A stretch of 64,000 bases of DNA from contig CT868677.1 of NCBI GenBank assembly GCA_000165425.1, positions 248,001-312,000 of the forward strand. Direction: 5' to 3'. Origin of the DNA: Paramecium tetraurelia (Eukaryota). How positions within the stretch are numbered: position 1 is the first letter of the stretch; every line of letters starts with the position of its first letter. Positions 12,984 through 24,852 of this stretch are shown here, in pieces. Position numbers and translations under genes: made by a program. Under the pieces are notes generated by a model, which was given only the letters and a program-made list of their open reading frames with translations, did no database searches and was not told the origin of the DNA.

Positions 12984-13642
12984 TTAATTTACTTCTTTAT
13001 TAATTATTTTATCAAATTAACTAAGGATGATGCACTATCATACTAAAACAAACACATCCATAATAATAATGTTTAATAAGCATTAAGAACGAACAATCAA
13101 ATATATATATATATAATTTTTAATTAGTCTATGATTATAACACAATTGCTGAGCAATATCATTTGGCACTATAATAACGATACAATAATCGCTATCAAAG
13201 TGTGATTTAAGACTTTAAACTGTTTAATATGCAACCAAATACTATTATTGGATAACATAATTAATATAATATTGTACAATAATTACTACTCAATATTATT
13301 CCCTCTCTTTATAGTACATCGGATATGACTTAATATAGATCAAGATTCACAGATTTGTTACATAATATAAAATTGGTTTTAAATAATAATAATTTGCAAA
13401 ACTTCATTTAATACTCCATTCTAACATCTTTATTTCAATTTTAATTTAATGATAAGAGATTTGCCGTGTTCGTTGTATACTTGATTGGATAATAAAGGTT
13501 TTAAATAATTCTCAGACTAAGCTCAAAATAAATGAATTAACCTTTTTTAAAATTCAATTTTATTTTTGTAAAAATAATAGTATCGATTAATCACTGATTA
13601 ATCATTAAATTACGAAATATTTTATTTAATAATTATTAATGT

Positions 13643-14457
13643 TCAGTTCTGTAGCAATAATTTCTCAAATTATTTTATTGTTTTTACACAATTATCTTGA
13701 AGAAATGGCATGAATACACAGTAGATGATATGTTAGATCAATTTGAAACAATATATAATCATATAACTTTCTATTTTCAAGTTCTTCTATCATATGAAAA
13801 ACCGTCTCTTATTTGGTACAATTTAAAACTCCTTTGGCAGTCTCTTCTGAGACCTTGTCATGGGTTGACTCTGGATTTCTTTTTCTTCATCCTCTTCATC
13901 GACATTACAAAATGTGAAACCGAGAGGTGAATTTGATCTCTTGTCATAGGTGTTTTGCTGCAACTTTTTTCTAGATGTTCTTGTTGAATAAAATACGTAG
14001 TAATGCATTTCTCAGGAGTCCTCTGGGTATTCGAAGTATTTGCTCTTTATAAAATGACTGGTTTTTTGTTTGTGATGAGTCTGGAAATAATGGTGTCCTT
14101 GTCTGAGTTTTGCTTTTGCAATTCCAAATTTTTCCTGAATCAGCAATTAAATTAGTGATGATTGATCTGGTTCAAGTGCTTATGATTATTTATAATAACT
14201 TACATTTCTTGTCCCCCTCGGAAATTACTGATGGATTGGCAGTTGACTGGTTGTCCTGGAATTTGAAACACAACTACTTGGATGAAGTCGTGGTCTAAAT
14301 CATTCATATACACCACATTTCTTACCTTTCCATTCGAAGATGCGGTTTTCTAAGAACATTTCGAACTTGGAGGTTTATCAGAATTCACCAATTGTGCCAT
14401 CGATTTCTTATTGAGTGTAATCTTCAGATTAGGTTTTTTAGAATTCTAAGATTTCAT
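13643..14457 (-). CDS. hypothetical low-complexity protein
   Basis: ATG 14457 MKSQNSKKPNLKITLNKKSMAQL..., GT..TAG intron near 14296-14325, coding-like composition; includes ORF-track 13823-14008. The 3' end is approximate. Confidence 0.6.
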
Positions 14458-15870
14458 GCACTAAGAAGAAGTAAATTATAAATAAATATCTTAATTATTT
14501 TAAACACTCGTTGGGTTCATATACACCTGTCCTTCATACTTCATTCATTAATATATTCATAGTAATACTTAAAATTGCGATTCACTTTTTGGTAAAATAT
14601 TTGAATTATGTATTTGTACCTATTTATCTCTACTTTTACTCAAGAAACACTTTCATGAGTAATTCAGAATATAAATCAAATATTTTCAATTTCTTTTCAA
14701 ATAAAAATAGTTTGAATTTTATTATACCTTAACTGCAGTCTGTTTAGCAATATTTCAATTTATGAAATACTTCAAACTATCCAAAAGCAATCTTTTTCTA
14801 ATTCACTTAATATGCATCACAAATAATCTAATGATTTTGTAACTTTGAATTATGATTTAAGATACAATAGAGTAATAGATAATTGACCAGATGTATAAAT
14901 TGGATGTTCTGAATATTAATACATATTTAAAAATAGGATTTAGATCAACATTCAAAGAAATCAATAAAGTAACCAGGAAAAAAGAGTTGGAAATATTCAA
15001 AATTTAAAAAATAAAATAGATTAATCTCATATTTCGAATTAAAATGCTTGATGGTACTATATAAACGGTAGTAAGGGTGGATGATTATCAGGCTGGACTT
15101 GACTATTAAGTTAGAATTTGCAATTTTATAAAATCTAAGTAAAGAAATGTTATTTAATATTCCTCTGTTTGATTGCAATATAAGTATTATAGTAAGACAG
15201 ACAAACATTGATCTAAATACAAGTGAGAAATGAATGTGTTACGAAGGGATATCAAGACAAAAATGATGTGGTTACTTGAAGGTTTTGATTATTATTTATT
15301 CAAGATTCATCATAGGTATTAGATATTGGAAATCAATCAGTAATTAATCATAAAAAAAGTTGATATTATTTTATTAACACATTATGATGAAGTTAAACCA
15401 TAAGATTAACCATAAATCTATGGATTTTCGATTAATAATCTATATTTAACCAAAAGAAGAAAGTTTTTAGTATGATTGATACAGATTAACTTCAAAAAAA
15501 GATTCTAAACAAGCAATCCATATGATTACAATTATAAAAGATCATTATTTTTACAAAGAGCTTCTTTGATTTCATTTTACTTATTTGAAAATTCTTTACA
15601 TACGATTGGGAGCCTCCTAAAATTCTACAGGGATCATCATTTATGAGTGGTGATTGATTAGGATAATTATATTGATCAATAGGACATTCAAACATTTCAA
15701 TTAGAAATTTGCATGCCACTTTTTATAAGTCTGAGCCAATTGATTGATGTATATCATTTATTTATTTAGATTTTTATATACTTCTCATTGCCTTAGAAAT
15801 TATGCAATTATTTTTCATACTAGTATGAATTAAACATTTGGTTTGTGTATAAATTTATATATTTTAATTA

Positions 15871-18800
15871 ATGGGTGTTCCTAATTTCTATTCATGGGTT
15901 AATGAGAAGGTATCCCTCTATGTCTATATGAACACACTCGAGCATAGAGAGTGGATTATTTTTATCTAGATATGAACCAAATCATTTATAAGTGTGCAAC
16001 TGATCCCAGTGTATTATTCAAGGATCAATTGAGGGAACGGGATTTCGATGATGTTTGGGTTTCAATCATAAACTACTTGGATATGATCATTAATTTGGTT
16101 AATCCTCAGCAATTACTATTTTTGGCTTTTGATGGTGTTGCACCACGTGCTAAAATGAATTAATAGCGTCAAAGACGGTTTCAATCATAGAAGAGATATA
16201 AGTATTTAAGTGCTCATCTTCAATAAATTGGATTATTTCAAAAGAATGAAACCTATAAAAACAATCAATTCAGTCCTGGTACTGAATTCATGACACAATT
16301 GTATTCATATTCAAATATAAAGAAATCAATAGATTAAATTTTACATTGAGAGAAAATATTCTGAAGATCCTAAATTCAAGAATCTGAAAATCATATTCTC
16401 TGGCTGCGATGTACCTGGGGAAGGAGAACACAAACTTCTTAGTTTCATTCGTAATATGCAATTTGATCCCAACAGTGTTCATATGATTTATGGGGCAGAC
16501 GCAGATTTAATTATGTTAGGTTTGCTTACTTAGTTGAAGAATGTTCTCATCATCAGAGAGGATCTGAAATTCAAACAAACAGCTAGTGCTGCTGCAAATA
16601 GAGTCATCAAGATTCCAGAATTTCTAGTCATCAACATCTCTATTGTACGAGAATATTTGGATCTGGAATTCGCAGTGTTGAAAGATAAAATGAAGGTTGC
16701 TTATGATATCCATCGCATTATTGATGATTTTATTTTGCTCTGCTTCTTTGTTGGCAATGATTTTCTACCCAGAATCTATTGCTTCGACATTAGAATAGGA
16801 ACCATTGAACCTCTAGTTGACTTATTCAAAAAACATCTAACTAATGCCAATGATTACATAGTTCAAAGAGGAGATATCAATTACAAAGAATTGTTAAATC
16901 TTCTTGAACTATTATAAGGATTTGAAAAATTGTGCATTAATGATAGACAACAAGAGATGGTCAATTACTTAAACACCAGAATATGAGAATAAGTAAATGA
17001 TCACCAAAGAAAAAGAATTGATTGATAATATTCTGAAATACTTCTCACTCCAAGAACAGACTGAGGGCAGAAAATTATACTATAAAGCCAAATGTTAAAT
17101 CACACAAGGTGAGGAATTAGATCTCTAGAAACTGGAAGATATGTGCATTAATTATATGGAAGGAATTTACTTTGTTCTATAGTATTATTTCAAAGGAGTT
17201 CCTTCATGGGAATGGTACTATCATTATTATTATGCTCCTCTGTGCGGAGACATTGTTGGAGTTGTATCACAAATAGTACAACAATTATCAGATCAGGAAT
17301 AGCCAATTATATTTACAAAGGACAAACCATATCCACCATTCAAACAACTTCTACCTAGTATCCTAACTCCAGAAAATGCTATGCTATTGCCTGAACCATA
17401 TGGTAAGTTGTTAACAGACAAAGAGAACTCCATCCTTAGAACTCCTATTGACTATTATCCTGAAAGTTTCGAAACTGATTCCTACGGTACAATGTACGAA
17501 CATCAACATATTACAAAAATTCCCTTTTTGGATTGCAACCTTGTTGAGTAGGCATATAATTCAATCCCTGATACACATGATTCAAGAAATGAATAGGCAC
17601 TTTCAATCTTCTATCAATATGATTCAACCCAATAATAAATCTACGAGTCTACTCTTCCTAAACTTTTCAGCAATTTCAAATCATGTTGTAAGAAATAGTT
17701 TATTGACATTGAGGATAAAGAATAATTCTAAATTGCTTATGGACAATAATAAATTCTTGAGTAATAAGAGGACTCATTCTAAATTCCCTCATTGAAAGTG
17801 GTGAGTATAAGATCATCAAAATTGATAAACATACAATAACACGAAGATGACATAAAGAAGTTTGAGAATTAATTCTTATTGATAGAATTACAATAGACTA
17901 AATTCGATTTTGATTAATTCATTTAGGATGTGATCAAGAATAAGAATTTTGCCCATTGTGGATTCCCTATCCAATAGTAATGTGAGGTAATGGCAATTCT
18001 GAGACCTGATCATCTACACCTACTTGATGGAGTTAAACTCTAATCCATTCAGATGCTTAAAGATTACAGCAAAAAGGATCATAACAAGATCTATAAAGAA
18101 ATAAGGAACAAAACCTTAAATTAATATGAGAAATGTATGAAATTAGATTGCTCGACATTTTTGATTGTCAAACAATACAAGCATTACCTCAGAGATAATA
18201 ATAATCAATTGAGTTACCCATAAGAGCAATACAGAGAGTTAGTGTACCCCTTTGAGTTTGTATTTCCAGATCAGAAGGTTAAATTCAACGTTCCCAATTT
18301 CGAAGATTTTCAAATCGATAGATCAGTTGTGATATTCCACGAGAAGAAAAATGGAGCCACAGGAATCATCAAATAAATTGATAAAAAATTAACTGTTCAG
18401 ATTACAGCCTATCCAACTCTATTGGGATATGATTATATTCACTCTGACATTTATTACTCTTTGCAAATTGTTAGTGAGAAACTTCAATGTTCAGTTAAAA
18501 CACTATTGAATTTACTTGGCAGTGTTGTTGTGAATATGGAAGACAAGGAATCCAAGATTGCTGACCAATTAGACATTGGATTGAATATCATCAATAGAAC
18601 TAATAATCAATTAGTGCCTGAACTAGTTCGATTGCCTTAGGCTGATTAATATGCAACTGGGTCATCAAAGTACCAAAAATTCTTAGATCTAGAGCTCTCT
18701 GAAAAATGCGTCACTGATTACTATGCAAATACAGAAATCAATGCTCAAGAGTCTAGTAATATTTAAATTCATTGAATGAGAATCAAAGGAACTGTCCAAT

Positions 18801-19809
18801 CAATGCTAAGGATCTATTTCCTAATTCAACTGATCCTAACATCGATCTGCTTAAGATATACATATGGATTCTGCAATTACCTGAATCTTAGTATTTATTG
18901 TAGGGCAGCTCCTCAAAAGTAGCCTAAATCAAAATCCATAAGAAACCCATCCTGAATAACAACATCAATACCACAAAAAAAGTAGATCCAGGTTTTGCTG
19001 TGTAATAAACCACTCAGACCTTCCTTCCACCCTTCTTTATCAAACACCCCACAATACATAAAATTGGAGATAGAGTAGTGAATTTAAATTATCCCTTTGG
19101 AATCTATGGCACTGTAGTTGGATTGCTGGAGTAAAAAGAGATTATGGTTTAAGTCTTATGGGATCAAAAGCACATTGGATTCACCAATCTTGGTGGAAGA
19201 TATGACCTATTATCGTGTTCAACCTGTAAGTTTACAGAAATCTTTAATCTGTCCAATGAAGATTGGAGAATGAACCTTGCTAAGAGAGGATGTCATTAAG
19301 GGGAATATTGGGATTTATGGACAAAAGTGTATAAACCTGACTTTAAATCAAGAGCTATTGAATTCAATGATCAATTAAAAGAATAGAATCCATTCAAGTA
19401 ACTAGTTGAATTACCAGTTGAAGTAAAACCCAAAGTCATGGTAAAGGAGAAAGAGGCTCCTCAAGGGTTTGAGTTAATTTAAAAACTCGCCCAAGAACAA
19501 CCCAACTTAATCACAAATTAGCCTCTGTAAGGAATCAAGGAGGAATTGATTGAGCAGAATGAGGATGAGGCTTAAAAAGAAATCAAAAAGCTATTTTAAT
19601 TGTATTAATAAAAAGATTTGCAATCGCAAGGGGAATAATAAAAACAATCATAGAAATAAAATGATGAAGATGGCTCAAAAGTGTAACCTTAATAGGTAGA
19701 AGAGAATGATGACAAATAGCAACCCTAATCACAGATCAAACAATAAGTTTAGCCTTAATAAATCAAAAAAGTATTAACTAAAAAAAAAGATTAATAATTA
19801 TAATAATGA
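15871..19809 (+). CDS. XRN1: 5'-3' exoribonuclease XRN1-like, containing four single-base frameshifts
   Basis: MGVPNFYSW, YLDMNQIIY, AFDGVAPRAKMNQQRQRRF, FSPGTEFM, VPGEGEHK, YGADADLIMLGL, FFVGNDFLP, SWEWYYHYYYAP, and a C-terminal SH3-like GDRVV..PFGIYGTVVG typical of XRN1. Confidence 0.92.
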
Positions 19810-19821
19810 TAGTATAAGAAA

Positions 19822-20575
19822 TCACATATTATATAAAGTTATTTAACTTTAAATAAATTATTTCCATTTTGCCTGAGGTATTTATCTTTATTGAACCTCA
19901 TAATACAGTGGTTCCGTCCAATACATGTAGGCATCTTTAGTCATTTCTCTAACCAATTCTTAAAATTATAATTTCTCCTCTTGCTTAAATATACAATTAA
20001 TTATCTCTTCAAATTAGATTTTATACAAAATATCTAGATTTGATAGAGCTCTTATTTAAAAAATGATCCCATTAAATTCTGGATCTAAAATCAACTAGCT
20101 TATCCCCTTGAACTATTATGAAGATATTATTGATAGTAACTAAATAAATAAATATCTTAAATACTTTTTCTAATAGTTCTTAAAATTACTTTCCAGAGGG
20201 ATTACTTATGGTTTTTGCAATTTCAATTTATTTCCTCAGGTTGGGTTGAATAGACCCAAAATCTATCTTCTAACCTGTAGTAGATTTCATTTGTTAATTT
20301 TCCCCACTAATTACTTACACTAATGACGAATCTCCAAGTAAGTATCTTACATGAGAAATTCTCTTAGGATCTTCAATTGTTTATTTCTTATCGATGATTT
20401 CCTACTCATTGGGAAGATTTTAGAAGGTATAATCATTCTTAGATGTTTGGGTTTATTCTCTTTGGTTGGCAAGTGAATCTGGGAGATATGGAATCGTATC
20501 AACTCGGGTGTTGTAAGAATATCCAAATGGAAAAGGCAAGGGAGGGTCAGGCAACTAAAAATGAACTGACTTCAT
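19822..20575 (-). CDS. hypothetical protein
   Basis: ATG 20575 MKSVHFQLPDPPLPFPFGYSYNTRVDTIPYLPDS..., short introns, ends ..ITLYNM-TGA at 19824-19822. Confidence 0.65.
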
Positions 20576-20590
20576 TAATTTATTATTAAA

Positions 20591-22747
20591 TCAAATATTT
20601 AATTTCAGATTAACCTTGAATTGATCTAGAGTAGTAATGCAAGGAGGATCAGAATTAACAGAGTCACATTAAAACTCGTCATCTAATGCTTCACTGTTGA
20701 TTTGTTTGTTGTTGTTGCCTTCCCATTGAATAAACTGAGAGACCTCGAAAATATCCCTAACTTCCTGTCCCAATTTTCCTATCAATTTTTCATTGATTTT
20801 ATCGTTCTATTGCAAAGATTAGTGAATTCGATCATAAGCCTATATTTAAAATAAGCTATCACCTTGAAGAGCTTGTAATATGTACTTATAGTTTGATTAG
20901 ACTTATTTTATTCGTCCTTACTGCTTATGGAATTTTACTTTGAGTTGAAATTTCTTAGAGTATTCCTGGCCATATTCCGTACTGTGACTTGCTTTTCTGC
21001 TTCTAAATTGATGACTTCTTTAGGAGCAAAATCAAATAACACTAATTGATCTTCAGTCAATAATAGATCCTTAAGTAGATTGATTTCTTTGACCTTATCG
21101 ATGATAACACAAAGATCTACGTCTTTATTTATGTTTTTGCTAAAATATATAGAGGATACATACATAGCTTTTTATAGTAAAATACTGTTTCTATCATAGA
21201 AGAACCTTTAGCAAAAGAGTTGATACAAAATATATCTGCAATTAAAAAATATAGGGCAGCTTCGATTTAGAATCTTTTCAATCTATTAAGTCAAATAGCT
21301 CCTTCTATCAGTTATGCCTAATTAGGAGATGATCTTTTCTTATTCTTCTTAGAAGATCCTCTGCTCATTCTATTTGGTCGTCAATTGTTCATCTTATTTA
21401 GTGGTGTCATTCATGATCAATTATTAATTTTGATTATATTTTGGCGACAACAATTAAGAAGGCCGATTATTTGGTTTTTGAATAATTGTCCTGCTCTTGG
21501 CTCTGGCTATTGTTTTTTTAATTTCCTTTCTTTGCTGAGTATCTATAGTATTTGCATTTTGAATAGGGAAATCATACACTTAATTTGCTAATTCAATCAT
21601 GACTATGTATATAGATATATGAGTAATTTACATTAGGATTTATTATAGAATGTAATCAAGAATCCGAAAACCATGACCACAATGTTGGCAAAGCCTCCAA
21701 GGTAGGACAGTAAATCAGCTAGATCCTGAAAATCTCTCTTGACTTAATAAGTGTATGGACTTCTTCTCATATAAATGGCAGAGTATTATGAACCACTGTT
21801 TTATACATTGCTGACTCTGAAGTCTCCTTGCTATTTGATGTTAAATAATTGTTCCTGGTTGTCTTCGATATAGGGGAATATGTTGTTATTGGTGGTGACA
21901 TTATACTTTTAGTAAAATACATCGGTTTCAGTTCCAGTGAGCAGGAGGAAGGAGAAAAATAGTTCATCATCTAAGAACACTTAGGATATGTTCCTTGGCT
22001 ATAATGGGTTAATGATGGTGTTGGTCATATACCTAAATTGATAAAATAGGGAGAAGTACATTTTTAATCGAAAGGATCTGTCATTTTATAGATGATTGTC
22101 TCTGTCTTGAATGCTGGCACACTAAGGCTTCCAAGTTAGGATTTGGTTGGTTTAACTATTGTTTGAACATTCAGTGACGGTTATTTTGGTGAATTAAAAT
22201 ACTTCACTTGAATAACCTCCCTGCAATTGAATTGAATAATTGTATTGAGGACATAGCCATTCTGACAATCCGAGAGAGTTGAATTGATCTGAGAAATTTT
22301 AAGTACTAAATATGTTTTGAAATCTGTCAATTGTGCAAGGTATCAGATCTATAAATTCATCTTGTTTAATTATGGTTCCATTGCTGAGTCTAGTGTAGAT
22401 CCTCTGTTTCAGAGTTATGTTGAAATAAGGGTTGGTGTTAAATTACTTTTATTCGATGGCCAATGCAAACATGTAATTGTCGTCGTTAAAGACAATGTCA
22501 TCAGGATTAGCATCAAACAAAGTCTGGACATTGAGATTCACATAATTCTTATTCATGAAATCTATGATATTTTGTTAGAAGAAGAATGCAATGACAGCAA
22601 TTATTGTCATCGAAAAGATTCCTCCCATTGCTGTTTGATATGAATCATCACCATTGAAGTTCAATTGGATGTTTTGCCCAAAAATATCGAAATTCTTAAA
22701 AACTTTAAATGCTATTGATTATTACATCCTATAGATTTCTTGAACAT
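20591..22747 (-). CDS. ciliate-family two-TM membrane protein with a large extracellular loop (ENaC/PAC-like topology)
   Basis: NFDIFGQNIQLNFNGDDSYQTAMGGIFSMTIIAVIAFFF (TM1), Cys-containing loop, RDFQDLADLLSYLGGFANIVVMVFGFLITFYN (TM2), DLCVIIDKVKEINLLKDLLLTEDQLVLFDF tail. Confidence 0.8.
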
Positions 22748-22883
22748 TCAATTTTAATATATTAATATTAATGCTCAAAGATTAATAATACTTAACATCA
22801 AAAAGTGGATACAATCGTAAGACAATTATGTTAATGGTTGGTGAATATGAAATTTATATATTCAATTTATAATAATTATTATA

Positions 22884-24847
22884 ATGAGCAATAGTGTAAA
22901 TGGAGATGACTTTTCTGAAAGAGAGGATTGCGATATCGAAGACGATGACCAAGTGCCGCAATTCAACATGGAACAAGTAACTGAAATTAAAACAAAAGGT
23001 TTACACATCAATGACATCTGAACACAATGGAATCTTTGCCCAATCATTTCTCATCTCGAAATAAATAGCATCTAATCTCATCAAGCAATCATTAAAAATA
23101 GCAGAAGAACAAGTATTTCCATTGTCTCTAAGTAGTTTATACAAATGCAAATTCCCATAAGTTCCAATGCATAAGTGATGACCATAATGGATTTGATTGT
23201 AGCCAGCTATTACAATGAGGATGGATTGCCTATCAATGGATGTAATATGACTGAAGATGGAGAACCTGTATATATGCATACATATTAAAGAATGTAATAC
23301 ATTATGATCGTTGGAGGAGAAACAGAGTCAACATTGAAGAAATGAATTAGTCATTTTCTGATGGTGAAGAAGAAGAATATGTTGAAAATGAATTACCATC
23401 GCAACACAATAGCTAAAAAAATAACAAGTTACGATTTTCAGTTTTGGAAAAGAAAAAAACACCAATTGTTGCTCCACCACCAAAATCAAGTCATTCAGAA
23501 ATAAGATTGATAGAATTTTAAGTAGCAGAGGATGAAGATGAATACATTGATAAATTAAGATAGAAGAAATTGTATGATATTAAGAAGAAGATTGAAATCG
23601 AACAGAAAATGAAAGAAGACATAATTCAAAATTAAGTACCAATTTAGTTATTACCTTAGAAAAAAGAATAATCCTCCAATAAATACACTTATGATTATGA
23701 TGGCAAAATATTACTCTCAAGAGGAGTCAAATACGATAAATTATAACCCACAGTAACAAAGTTAAAGGTAGAGATGAAAGATCTTCCAAAAACAACCAAT
23801 TAATAGAGTATTCAATAGAGTAACTCGAAAAAGGGAAGCAAATAGACTATCTAAACTTAGTAGCCAGTGCTCATCCCCCCTAAAGCCAGTGCAGACATAC
23901 CTAATAAAGTAAAATCACGAATTATATCAGAATATCATAGATCGAAAGGACGTAGCTAAAGATGCAACTGGAGATAAAGGACTTCGAATCGACAGAGGAG
24001 CCCAATTACCTTATGATACCTTCTCTATGACAAATGGTGTTAAATTGATCTATGATTCGAGATACAAGGAAAGGAATCAGGTATTAGATTAGTGATTCTG
24101 CTGAGTAATTACAATATAGATTGTCAGGATAAAACTTTTTACCTGGTGATGACATAAGTAAACAAATGCAACAAATACGATTAACTCGAGCAGAATATAA
24201 GTTGTTGACTGACAATGGCAATCCATTTCAATAATAAACAAAATCTTAATTTATACCTTAGGAGACTGTTGAAACAAAAAAGACCTTAGAAAATACTAAA
24301 CTTGAAAAGACAGTTCAATTCAATGAGAGTCATCTTGTCATGAATAAGTTTTAGCCGAACAAACCTTAATTGTAGAAAATTGAGACTCAATCGGAGAAGA
24401 TTTTGACAAAGAATGCCAAATTACTTGAGAATCTGTTGGTCCAACCTAATAAGCCTGATACTCCAAGTTAACCAATTAAGCAAAGTGAACCATAGATTAA
24501 GTTAGTAATTTTCATCTTAATTAGAAATCCTATTGACACTTTCAATCAATCCTTACTCAACTCGAAGGAATGGGGCAAGGCTAATGCTAAGACTGGATAC
24601 TTTCCACCTGTACGTGTGTCGTAACATCGAGGACACAATGGATCATTAGAATAACTGTATTTTTTATATCCATAAATCTAGTTACAAGCTGCCTAGGGAT
24701 AGAATCAATGTGCAATAATAGAGAACTCAAAGTGAGTTCTATAAATTGTTACCCAAGAGGTCTGCGCATTAATCAATGAGTGAAGGGATGTTGTAGACAT
24801 TTTACACTACACATTCCAAGTTTGATGAAAAACTTAGATAATTTTGA
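22884..24847 (+). CDS. hypothetical protein, weak C2orf81-like motif
   Basis: Multi-intron code-6 model with EDGEPNVIHYDRWRRNRV and FSMTNGVKLIY motifs. One apparent +1 frameshift near 24071. TGA at 24845-24847. Confidence 0.65.
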
Positions 24848-24852
24848 TTTAT

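Noticed and set aside
14900..15760. Minus-strand ORF fragments 14945-15208 and 15492-15719
   Set aside because: No consistent spliced model or recognisable motif. Possibly a decayed gene.
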